A DNA stretch of 25,702 nucleotides, taken from the NCBI GenBank assembly GCA_039803745.1, contig JBDRZD010000028.1, positions 1 through 25,702 of the forward strand. Reading direction: 5' to 3'. A program made the translations under genes and the position numbers. The notes under the pieces were generated by a model, which did no database searches, was not told where the DNA came from, and worked only from the letters and a program-made list of their open reading frames with translations. The stretch is from a candidate division WOR-3 bacterium (GTDB taxonomy: Bacteria; Hydrothermota; Hydrothermia; Hydrothermales; Hydrothermaceae). Position 1 is the stretch's first letter. Every line of letters begins with the position of its first letter. Below, piece by piece: positions 1 to 9,080 of the stretch.

Positions 1-9
1 AGGAGGTGA
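1..9 (+). promoter_or_regulatory. Shine-Dalgarno site (AGGAGGTGA) for the alpha-2-macroglobulin gene
   Basis: AGGAGGTGA-AAA-ATG at 1-15. The same GAGGTGAAAAATG string precedes yebC at 22752-22764. Confidence 0.8.
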
Positions 10-12
10 AAA

Positions 13-3000
13 ATGTTTCTAAACATAATCATAAGTTTTTATTTAAGCAGTTCTATTTATTTGGAAGGTGAAAAACCAAAGATTTATATAAGTGGATATA
101 ATATTGGAAAGGGAGTTATAAGAGTTTATAAAATTGAAGAAGGTTATGAAATATTTAAAAAATCAAAAGATATACAATACCCTTTTATAAAGGAAGAAAG
201 AAAACCAAATTTATTCAAAAGCCTTGGAGAAGGATTAAGGGAAACTAATAAGAGGATAAGAAATTATTTCAGAAGAAATGTGAAAGAAAAAGAAAGGATA
301 GAAATTAAAGAGAGTTTTGGAATTAAGAAACTGGAAGAGCCAAAAAAAGAATTTCCTGCACCTTTAAAGGAATATGAAATTGTTGATGAATGGACAGAGG
401 ATTTTGGATATGAATGGATAAGTAAGGATATTGAAATACCTGTAAAAGAGAAGGGAGTTTATCTTATAGAAATAACAAACAGAAAGAGCCAGAAATTTGT
501 TCCCTTAATAATTACTGATATTGGATTTATAACAAAAGAGGATGATGAAAATTTCTATATCTTTGCTCAAAATCTTTTAAATTCAGAACCATTAAAAAAA
601 GCAGATGTATGTGTTAAATCAGGTGAAAAAATATTGATTGAAGGAAAAACTGACGAAAATGGAATTTTCTATTTTAAAAAGAAAGAGAAAGAAAATACTC
701 ATTTTGATGTAATTCTTTCTTATAACAAAAGCATAGCAATTTCAAAATCCTATGCACCCTGGGCAGAATTTCCATCTGAAAGAGTTTATATTTACACAGA
801 TAGACCACTTTATAGACCGAATGATAAAGTTTATTTCAAAATAGTTGCAAGGATTTTAGAGGGAGAAAATTATAACTTATACACAGGCTCTTTAAGGGTA
901 AAAATTTTGAATCCAAAAGATAACATTTTATTTGATAAAGAATTAAAGATGAATGAACTTGGAACATGTGGAGATTCATTAATTTTACCTGAAAATACAG
1001 CTCTTGGAACCTATATAATAAATGTTTATATTAAAAATAAGGAGTTTTCTCAAATATTTAAAGTTGAAGAGTATAGAAAGCCTGAATTTTCAGTTAAAGT
1101 GGATGTGGAGCCAAAAGTTTTAACAGAAGGAGAAAAAGTTAAAATAAAAGTTAAAAGTGATTATTTCTTTGGTGCACCGGTTTCATATGGTAAGGTGAGA
1201 TTGAGGATTTCAAGAAGACCTTTATATTTTTATTACTGGGAATTTTATGAAGAATACTGGGCACTTGAATTTATGGAGGAAATAGAAGGAAATTTAAATG
1301 AAAATGGTGAATGGGTTTATGAATATGAAATTCCTAAAATTGATAGATATTATACTTACATAATTGATGCAGGGGTTGAAGATGAAAGTGGTATTGAACA
1401 AATGGGAAAGGGAGTCTTTAAAGCAGGAAAAACAAGATATGTTATTGATTTAAAAACTAATAAATATGTTTATTCAAAAGATGAGGAAATCCAAATTTAT
1501 ATCTATGTTAAAGACCTTGAAGATAAAAAATTAAAAGAGGGGGAGTGCAGGATAAAGATTTTTGAAGAGGAATATAATATAAAAATAAAGGAAGGTGAAG
1601 GATTTTTAAAGGTGAAGGCAGAAAAACCTGGAAATATAAAAATATATGCGGAATTTAAAGATGAAAAGGGAAATTTAATAACCCATTATACTTATATCTG
1701 GATAACTGAAAAGGGATATGCCTTTGAATATAAAGAAAACAGGGTTCAGATCATAACTGAAAAGGAAGAATATGAGCCCGGTGAAAATTTTAAAGCGATA
1801 ATACTTTCACCTTTTGAAAATGGATATTTGTTTTATACGGTTGAAACTTATAAAATTGAAAAAGTGGGTGTTCTAAAAATTGAAAAAAATATGGGAACTG
1901 TTGAAATTAAAGTTAAGGGAAATTATTCACCCAACTTTTTTATACATGTTCTGGGAAATAACAAAAATAACTTTTATGAGAATAAAAAAGAAATAAAAGT
2001 AAAATATGAAAAGAATAAACTGGATATAAGTTTTGAACTTGATAAAGATAAATATTTACCACAGGATATGGCAAAGATTAAAATAAAGGTAAAGGACTAT
2101 GAGGGAAAACCTTGCGAAACAGAAATTTCTGTTTTTGTAATTGATGAAGCACTTCTTTCCCTTCAAAATCCCTTTGAAGAAAACATTTTTTCATTCTTTT
2201 ATCCAAAAAGAAGAATTTATACATCCTTTAATTCATCTATAAATTGGAGATTCTATAGTTATGAAGAATATTATGAAGAAGGTGCATTTCAACGTACAGA
2301 ACTCCCTCTCATGATGGCTAAAGAAAAATTTGAAGGATACCCAAGATTTGCGATAAAAGGAATTGCTGAAGAAATGATGATAAGAAAGGAATTCAAAGAC
2401 CTTGCTTTATGTGTTTTAAGAGAAAAAACTGATAAAAATGGAGAGGCAGAGATTATTCTTAAACTTCCTGATAATTTAACAACATGGAGAATAAGAGTAA
2501 AGGCAATAACAAGGGATAAATTTGGGGAAAAAGAACATAAATTCTTGGTTTCAAAAGACCTTTTAGCAAGACTTATCTTACCAAGATTTATAAGGGAAAG
2601 GGATACTCTTATAATAAGGGGGATAGTTCATAATTATCAGGATAAAAAGGATAATATAAATGTTAAAATTGAAGCAAAGGGTATTGAAATCATTGGGAAA
2701 AATGAAACAAAACTTGGTGAAATTTTACCTGGAAGAAATAAACAGGTTGATTTCAAAATATATGCAAAAAATCCAGGAATTGCAGAATTTACATTAATAG
2801 CAAAAGGAGAAAACTCTTATGATGCATTGAATCTTAAGATTCCTATCCTTCCCCATGGAATGGATAGAATTTTATCAATTTCAAATGTTTTAACAAATGA
2901 TAAAGATGAATTTGAATTTGAAATACCTGAAGAAGTTCAAAATTTTTCCTCCAGTTTTTATATTTCTCCTTCATATCACAACGCGGTTTTTTGTTCATTA

Positions 3001-4476
3001 AAAGAGTTAATAGGTTATCCTTACGGATGTGTTGAACAGACAATGAGCAGATTTTTACCCGATGTTGCTGTTAAAGATATAATAGAAAAAGCAGGAATAA
3101 AAGACCCATTATTTACACAGGAACTACCAAAGATGATTGAAAAGGGACTCCAGAGACTTTATAACTTCCAGCATTCTGATGGTGGATGGGGTTGGTGGGA
3201 AAATGATGAATCCCATCCATTTAATACTGCTTATGTTTTATATGGGCTTGGTCTTTTGAAAAGAACAGGCTATAAAGTAAATGAAGAAGTTATAAATAGG
3301 GGAATTAAGAAATTAAAAGAATTCTTAGAAAAAGAAAATTTAAGTGATTATGATAAAGCATTTATGCTCTATTCTTTATCCTTACATGAAAAAATTAAAA
3401 AAGAAGATATTGAAAAATATTTTAAAGAAAAAATAGAAAGTCCTTATATTCTCTCAATTATTTCTTTGATTCTTTCTGAAAACAAAAAAATTGGTGAAGT
3501 ATATTTTTCAAAACTCAGGGAAAATGCTATAAATATTGATGGAGTTATATATTTTGAGGAAAAGTTTTTAAAATCAAGACATGGGACAATCTATGCTGAC
3601 CCAGTTTATACAACATCAAATGCCCTTTTATCAAGCCTTTCATACATTCCAAATGATGAGTTCTGCACAAAACTTTCCATTTATCTTTTAAATAAAAGAA
3701 AAGGTGCAATGTGGCATTCAACAATAGCAACATCCTCATCAATAATTTCTCTTGGTGAATATATGAAAAAAAGAGGGGTTTTTGATTTTGATATTTCTTT
3801 AAATATAAGAATAAATAATAAAAATTTTGGAAATTATACTATAAGGAAAGAAAACATAAATGAATATAATTCACCAAAAATTGTCCCCTCTGATATTTTA
3901 AGGAAGGGAAAGAATAAAATAGTTTTTGAAAAATCCGGAAAAGGCGAACTCCTTTATTCTTTCTTTGTGAAATATTATTCAACAGAGGAGAATATAAGGG
4001 CAGGTGGAGCAGAATTTAAGGTTTTAAAGGAAATATGGAGGCTTCAAAGAGTAAAAGAAGGTGGAAAAATTGTATATAAAAAAGTGCCTTTTTATGGAGA
4101 GGTTAAAAAAGGAGATTATCTATTTGTAAAGATAAAAGTTTTAAATGATAAAGAAATGGATTACTTTATGCTTGAAGATCCACTACCGGCAGGCTGTGAG
4201 GTTGAAAAAGAAAGGGAAAGATTTTTTATTGAAGGGGAAAGAAATTATACAGGTTATCATTACGAATGGTATTGGGATTGGGTAGGAGAAGAAATACATG
4301 ATGACAGGATTGCCTTCTTTTTAACAAGAATTTATCCAGGAGAACATGAATTCTCATACATTTTAAGAGCATATCTGCCGGGAAGATATCATGTGATGCC
4401 TGCAAAGGGAAGTTTAATGTATTTCCCTGATATATTTGCCCATTCTGATGAATATATAATTAAGATAAGTGAATAA
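13..4476 (+). CDS. Bacterial alpha-2-macroglobulin (YfaS/YfhM family) with intact thioester motif
   Basis: 1487 aa. MG2 motif YIYTDRPLYRPND, FKVEEYRKPEF, A2M motif LPDNLTTWRI, LPRFIRERD, thioester region GYPYGCVEQTMSRF (CVEQ at 3028-3039), FQHSDGGWGWW, C-terminal EDPLPAGCE and LRAYLPGRYHVMPA...MYFP. Confidence 0.95.
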   Translation: MFLNIIISFYLSSSIYLEGEKPKIYISGYNIGKGVIRVYKIEEGYEIFKKSKDIQYPFIKEERKPNLFKSLGEGLRETNKRIRNYFRRNVKEKERIEIKESFGIKKLEEPKKEFPAPLKEYEIVDEWTEDFGYEWISKDIEIPVKEKGVYLIEITNRKSQKFVPLIITDIGFITKEDDENFYIFAQNLLNSEPLKKADVCVKSGEKILIEGKTDENGIFYFKKKEKENTHFDVILSYNKSIAISKSYAPWAEFPSERVYIYTDRPLYRPNDKVYFKIVARILEGENYNLYTGSLRVKILNPKDNILFDKELKMNELGTCGDSLILPENTALGTYIINVYIKNKEFSQIFKVEEYRKPEFSVKVDVEPKVLTEGEKVKIKVKSDYFFGAPVSYGKVRLRISRRPLYFYYWEFYEEYWALEFMEEIEGNLNENGEWVYEYEIPKIDRYYTYIIDAGVEDESGIEQMGKGVFKAGKTRYVIDLKTNKYVYSKDEEIQIYIYVKDLEDKKLKEGECRIKIFEEEYNIKIKEGEGFLKVKAEKPGNIKIYAEFKDEKGNLITHYTYIWITEKGYAFEYKENRVQIITEKEEYEPGENFKAIILSPFENGYLFYTVETYKIEKVGVLKIEKNMGTVEIKVKGNYSPNFFIHVLGNNKNNFYENKKEIKVKYEKNKLDISFELDKDKYLPQDMAKIKIKVKDYEGKPCETEISVFVIDEALLSLQNPFEENIFSFFYPKRRIYTSFNSSINWRFYSYEEYYEEGAFQRTELPLMMAKEKFEGYPRFAIKGIAEEMMIRKEFKDLALCVLREKTDKNGEAEIILKLPDNLTTWRIRVKAITRDKFGEKEHKFLVSKDLLARLILPRFIRERDTLIIRGIVHNYQDKKDNINVKIEAKGIEIIGKNETKLGEILPGRNKQVDFKIYAKNPGIAEFTLIAKGENSYDALNLKIPILPHGMDRILSISNVLTNDKDEFEFEIPEEVQNFSSSFYISPSYHNAVFCSLKELIGYPYGCVEQTMSRFLPDVAVKDIIEKAGIKDPLFTQELPKMIEKGLQRLYNFQHSDGGWGWWENDESHPFNTAYVLYGLGLLKRTGYKVNEEVINRGIKKLKEFLEKENLSDYDKAFMLYSLSLHEKIKKEDIEKYFKEKIESPYILSIISLILSENKKIGEVYFSKLRENAINIDGVIYFEEKFLKSRHGTIYADPVYTTSNALLSSLSYIPNDEFCTKLSIYLLNKRKGAMWHSTIATSSSIISLGEYMKKRGVFDFDISLNIRINNKNFGNYTIRKENINEYNSPKIVPSDILRKGKNKIVFEKSGKGELLYSFFVKYYSTEENIRAGGAEFKVLKEIWRLQRVKEGGKIVYKKVPFYGEVKKGDYLFVKIKVLNDKEMDYFMLEDPLPAGCEVEKERERFFIEGERNYTGYHYEWYWDWVGEEIHDDRIAFFLTRIYPGEHEFSYILRAYLPGRYHVMPAKGSLMYFPDIFAHSDEYIIKISE

Positions 4477-5365
4477 AATCTTTATTCTCTTAGTTTTTTT
4501 AAACATTCTTGGTATAAAAAAAGAAATCGGGGATAATGGTGCATTTATAATTGCTGATGTAGAAACTGGTAAAATAATCGATTATCATAATAAAAAACTT
4601 TGTTTTGAAACCCTTTTGCCACCCGGTTCATTTTTTAAAATTATAACTGCAATAATCTTAATAGAAGAAAATATAATTGATGAAAATACTTATTTTGATT
4701 GCAAGGGTGAAGAATTTTTAGAACTCAATAATGAAAAAATAAAGATTAAATGCTGGTTAAAAGGAGGACATGGTAAACAGAATATAAGAGATGCAATAAA
4801 AAATTCCTGCAACATATTCTTTGCAAAGGCTTCCCTTTTAATAGAACCCTATCTTTTTAAAAAATATTTTGAAATTTTAAAATTAAACGAACTTTCCGTA
4901 GCCAATGTTGGAGGAGAAGTCTTAAATGAAATAAAAGTGCCTCTAAAAAAGAAAGATTTAATAGACCTTGCACTTGGAGAAAAGGGATATGTAAAAATGA
5001 CACTATCTTCAATGCTCTCTTTAATTCTTTCAATTTCAAGAGATGGAATATATATTCCATTATGGATAAAGGAAAAAAATAATTTATCATATAGGTTGCC
5101 AATATATAAATCTTTAAATATTCTAAAGGAGAGTTTAAGGGGGGTATGTAAGGAAGGGACAGGAATTTATGCAAATTATAAAGATATGATGGCAGGAAAA
5201 ACAGGAACACCAAGACATTTAAATGGATGGAGAACCCATGCAATATTTGCAGGATATTATCCATATTATGATCCAAAAATTGGAATAATAGTTTTTTTAA
5301 AAAAAGGGCAGGGTTCAAAGGATGCAGCACCGCTTGCAAAAAAGATATTAAAAAGCCTTGAATAA
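4469..5365 (+). CDS. Penicillin-binding protein, stand-alone transpeptidase domain (class B/PBP2-like)
   Basis: 298 aa, GTG start overlapping the A2M end. SxxK (PPGSFFK), SxN (SCN) and KTG (GKTGT) motifs are all present. No transglycosylase or dimerisation domain. Confidence 0.88.
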   Translation: MNKIFILLVFLNILGIKKEIGDNGAFIIADVETGKIIDYHNKKLCFETLLPPGSFFKIITAIILIEENIIDENTYFDCKGEEFLELNNEKIKIKCWLKGGHGKQNIRDAIKNSCNIFFAKASLLIEPYLFKKYFEILKLNELSVANVGGEVLNEIKVPLKKKDLIDLALGEKGYVKMTLSSMLSLILSISRDGIYIPLWIKEKNNLSYRLPIYKSLNILKESLRGVCKEGTGIYANYKDMMAGKTGTPRHLNGWRTHAIFAGYYPYYDPKIGIIVFLKKGQGSKDAAPLAKKILKSLE

Positions 5366-6866
5366 AATAATAATATTTTTATTTTTAATACCCTTTGATT
5401 TAACAAAAGAAATTTCTGTTAGAATTTTATCAAAATACAATTTAAAGGAAATTTATGTTCATTCAGGAAATAATAAGTATTTTGTAAAAATTTATAATAA
5501 AGATAAAATTAAGGTAAATGGCTTTATAAAAAATGAGTTTTTCATAGTCTCTCCAGATGAAATTTTGATAGAAAGCAAAAATATTAGAAGAAAATACAGA
5601 GGGAAAATAAGAATATATGCAAAAAATGACGAACTTTTTATAATAAATCATATAAATTTAAGGGATTACCTTTTCTCTGTTATCGTGGCAGAAATCGGGA
5701 CTTCCTATCTTGAAGCATTAAAGGCACAAGCACTTCTATCAAGAACATTTGTCCTTTTTTCAAAAAGACATGAAGATTATGATTTTTGTGATTTAACCCA
5801 TTGTCAGGTTTATAGGGGAATTGTGGATGAAACAGCAGTTTCAAGAAAAGCAGTAATAGAAACTGATGGAGAAGTTTTAACATATAATGGGAAATTAATT
5901 GAACCATTTTATTCCTCCTGTTGTGGTGGCTTTACTGCTTCACCTGAAGAAATATTTGATTTAAATATTCCATATGTTGAAGCAAAAGTTGATACATACT
6001 GTCAGAATAGTAAAAATTCTAAATGGATATTTAAAATAGAAAAAAGGAAAATTGGTAAGTTAAAAATAATTGAAATTGGAGAAAGTGGCAGAATTAAAAA
6101 AATTCTATTAAATAATAGAGAAATTTCTGGATGGGGATTCAGAAATATGATTTCAAGAAAATATGGATGGAATACTTTAAAATCAAATTTATTTAATCTA
6201 TATGAGGATGAAAATTTTTACATTTTTGAAGGGAAAGGACTTGGGCATGGAATTGGGATGTGTCAGAAAGGTGCAAAAGTTATGGCATTAAAGGGTTTTA
6301 ATTACAAAGAAATAATAAATTTTTATTTTAAAGATGTAGAAATAAAAAAATTAAGATTTGAATATAAAGTTTTTAAGGATAAAAATTTTGTTTTTTATTC
6401 AATAAGTGGTGAAAAATATTTACCTTATTTAAAAAACGCCTTCTATAGATTTGAAAGAATCTGTAAAGAAAATGGAATTGAGATTGATAACTATTTCGTA
6501 ATTAAAGAAACGATTGATTATTTTAATTTTACAAAAAATTTAAAGATAAAGCCCTTTTATGGAGGATATATAGAAAAAGATACGATTAAACTCGCACCAT
6601 TAAATTTGCTTGAAAAGTATTCAATAATTGAAGATATCATAATTCATGAACTCTTACATGCTGCTTTATCAAAATATAATTTTAAAAAGGAAATAGAAGA
6701 GGGAATAATTTATTTACTTTGTCCTTATAATTTCAATGAGAAAATTTTTAATGATATAAAAAGTTATAGAGAGGAGATTAAAAAAATAGAAATTTATAAA
6801 AAGATGATGCAAGATAGTTTAGAAAAATATGGAAATTTAGAAAATTTTTTAAGTAAAAGGAGGTAA
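5358..6866 (+). CDS. SpoIID/LytB-family lytic transglycosylase fused to a C-terminal HExxH (peptidase MA-like) domain
   Basis: YRGKI, YLFSVIVAE (catalytic Glu position), EALKAQALLSRTF, FCDLTHCQVY, YSSCCGG and GxGLGHGIGMCQKGA are SpoIID motifs. HELLH...EEG lies at 6645 onward. TTG start. Confidence 0.88.
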   Translation: MNKIIIFLFLIPFDLTKEISVRILSKYNLKEIYVHSGNNKYFVKIYNKDKIKVNGFIKNEFFIVSPDEILIESKNIRRKYRGKIRIYAKNDELFIINHINLRDYLFSVIVAEIGTSYLEALKAQALLSRTFVLFSKRHEDYDFCDLTHCQVYRGIVDETAVSRKAVIETDGEVLTYNGKLIEPFYSSCCGGFTASPEEIFDLNIPYVEAKVDTYCQNSKNSKWIFKIEKRKIGKLKIIEIGESGRIKKILLNNREISGWGFRNMISRKYGWNTLKSNLFNLYEDENFYIFEGKGLGHGIGMCQKGAKVMALKGFNYKEIINFYFKDVEIKKLRFEYKVFKDKNFVFYSISGEKYLPYLKNAFYRFERICKENGIEIDNYFVIKETIDYFNFTKNLKIKPFYGGYIEKDTIKLAPLNLLEKYSIIEDIIIHELLHAALSKYNFKKEIEEGIIYLLCPYNFNEKIFNDIKSYREEIKKIEIYKKMMQDSLEKYGNLENFLSKRR

Positions 6867-6868
6867 TT

Positions 6869-8269
6869 ATGAAAAGATTAATTTATATATTTATCCCAGT
6901 TATAATCATCCTTTTAATCCTCATTTTATTCTTTATCTTTTATAAAAGAATCCCTTCTGCTGCATGGAAGATTGAAGAAATTGAAGATATTTTTACAAAG
7001 GGTGTAAATGCATATATTGTTTTTGATGATATGGATAAGATTTTAGAAAACTTGAATAAAAATGGACTTATTGATACTATTAAAAATAAAGGTATAATTG
7101 AAGATTTACTTCTATATCTCGGGATTTCTAAGAAACTAAGGGATGAGATTATAAAAAGAGATTTTATAAGAATTTTTAAAAAGATGGGGATTGGCTTTTA
7201 TGAAAATGGGTATTTAATAGTTTTAGAGCCAGAGGGAATTTTTATAAATTTAATTTATAATTTGATAAGATTTGAAAAAGAGTTTTTAGGGGTTCCTTAT
7301 ACATTTTTAAGAGAAAATTTTGGTCTCTTTTTAATTGAAAAGTATATTGTAATTTCAAATAATGAAAATTTGCTTAAAGAGATAATTGAACATTTGAAAA
7401 AAGAGAAAAAAAGATTTAAAAAATTTTATAAGAGAGATTTTCCAGAAAATATCTTAATATATGGTGCATATTTAAAAGAAGGGGTTCTTTTTAAGGCAGA
7501 AAAGTTCATTTTTTACTATAAGGAAAATGAAGGATTTACATTTTTAATTGAAGAGCCTTCTCATCTTTTTGGAAAAATTTTAAAGAATTTAGAACCTGAT
7601 TTAAGGAATTTAGAATTTCCACCTGATCATGTATTTTATATATCCTTTAAAAATTTCAATTTAAAAGAAGAAATTGAAAGGTTTATAAAAGAAAAGAAAG
7701 AAGAGAAAATTGAAAAATTTTTTGAAAAATACTTTTATCTTTTAAAGGATATTGGAGAGAGTTTTGCAATTTCCTTTAATGGTTTGAAATATCTTGGAGA
7801 TTATTATGTTCCATTATTTTTAATCAAAATTGAAAAAAGAAATGAAATGGAAAGGTCTTTCAATTCCTTCATTTCGGAAATTTCAAAAGAAGGTGGAGAT
7901 AAAATAGAAGGAAAAAAAGAAGGTATTTATTATAAATTTTTTATAGGTAAAAATAATGAAGATTTTATTGGATATTTCAATTTTAGAAATGATTTTTACA
8001 TATCCTCTTCCCTTGATATTCTAAGAGATGAAATTTCAGTTTTAAATAAAGGTAAGAAAAAGAAAGATTTTCCGCAAGAAGAGAACCTCTTTCTTTATTT
8101 TGATGGAATTAAATTCTTGGAATTTCTAAAAGATTATTTTGCAAATACTATTCCTGATGAATTCATTTTAGAGAATAAAATATATCCTTTTCTTAATTTA
8201 CTCAATATAAATGAAATTTATGGAACTTTTAAGAAAGAAAAAAATAAAATAATGATAAATTTGAAATGA
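6869..8269 (+). CDS. Membrane-anchored hypothetical protein (possibly YfaA/DUF2138- or DUF3352-like)
   Basis: 466 aa, single N-terminal TM helix (LIYIFIPVIIILLILILFFIFY), AGGAGG SD, two YIVISNNENLL/FYISSSLDIL-like segments. Family assignment rests on context and weak resemblance only. Confidence 0.6.
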   Translation: MKRLIYIFIPVIIILLILILFFIFYKRIPSAAWKIEEIEDIFTKGVNAYIVFDDMDKILENLNKNGLIDTIKNKGIIEDLLLYLGISKKLRDEIIKRDFIRIFKKMGIGFYENGYLIVLEPEGIFINLIYNLIRFEKEFLGVPYTFLRENFGLFLIEKYIVISNNENLLKEIIEHLKKEKKRFKKFYKRDFPENILIYGAYLKEGVLFKAEKFIFYYKENEGFTFLIEEPSHLFGKILKNLEPDLRNLEFPPDHVFYISFKNFNLKEEIERFIKEKKEEKIEKFFEKYFYLLKDIGESFAISFNGLKYLGDYYVPLFLIKIEKRNEMERSFNSFISEISKEGGDKIEGKKEGIYYKFFIGKNNEDFIGYFNFRNDFYISSSLDILRDEISVLNKGKKKKDFPQEENLFLYFDGIKFLEFLKDYFANTIPDEFILENKIYPFLNLLNINEIYGTFKKEKNKIMINLK

Positions 8270-9078
8270 AAATTGGTGTTTTAGTCTGCTCTGAAAGAAA
8301 AAGAGGGAATTGTGAAACAATTGGAAATTATATAAAGAAAAATTTTTCTCAAATTTTAGTAAATTTAATATTTTTAAGAGATTTTGAAATAAAAGAATGT
8401 AACGGATGCATGAGATGTGTTTTCAAAAATGAAAAATGTGAACTAAATGATGACCTTTACAAACTGATTGATGAAATTACTAAAAATGATGCATTAATCT
8501 TAATTGCACCAACTTATGTTTTAACAATCCCGGGTAAATTAAAAATGGTTATTGATAGATTTTTATGCATTTATGAAATCATAAAAGATTTAAAGATAAA
8601 ACCTGCGATAAGTATTGGTGTTGCATCCCCTATTGATTGGGACCAATTTCAAATTCCCTTTATGAACATATTTTTGCTTGCCTTAGGATATAAGATTATA
8701 GATAGTTTCATTTTATTTGGTGCAGGACCAGGAGAAGTTTTACTTGATGAGAATTTATATAAAGTTGATGAAGGAATAAATAAAATTTTGAATTTTGAAG
8801 AAAAACCTTATGAATCAACTATTTCTGACAAATGTCCAGTAGATTATAATAAAAATTTTGAGCATTTAAAAAATAATAAATTCAGGTGCCCTGTATGCTT
8901 AACACCATGCTATTTAAGAGAAAATGGTTTTTATTTTGATGAAAAGGATTTAAATGAAAATAGGTGGACAAAGGAAAAAATGAAAGAACATTTTGAAGAA
9001 TGGATTTTAAAAACAAAAGAAAGATTTAAAAAATTACTTCCTCAAATAGTAAAGAAAAAGAATGCACTGGAACTTTAA
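8266..9078 (+). CDS. Flavodoxin-family / iron-sulfur flavoprotein (NADPH-dependent FMN reductase fold) with C-terminal Cys cluster
   Basis: N-terminal CSERKRGN (variant of GSPRxxGNT), IKECNGCMRC...C (Isf-type CX2CX2CX6C), APTY...PGKLKMVIDR. ATGA overlap with the upstream gene. Confidence 0.85.
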   Translation: MKIGVLVCSERKRGNCETIGNYIKKNFSQILVNLIFLRDFEIKECNGCMRCVFKNEKCELNDDLYKLIDEITKNDALILIAPTYVLTIPGKLKMVIDRFLCIYEIIKDLKIKPAISIGVASPIDWDQFQIPFMNIFLLALGYKIIDSFILFGAGPGEVLLDENLYKVDEGINKILNFEEKPYESTISDKCPVDYNKNFEHLKNNKFRCPVCLTPCYLRENGFYFDEKDLNENRWTKEKMKEHFEEWILKTKERFKKLLPQIVKKKNALEL

Positions 9079-9080
9079 TT

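Noticed and set aside
4469..5365. Class D beta-lactamase / resistance gene interpretation
   Set aside because: It has SCN rather than the SxV motif of OXA enzymes, plus a PBP2-like Zn motif and operon context, so a transpeptidase-like PBP is more parsimonious.
5358..6350. SpoIID domain as evidence of sporulation
   Set aside because: SpoIID/LytB domains are widespread in non-sporulating diderms, and the context is an A2M envelope operon with no other spo genes.
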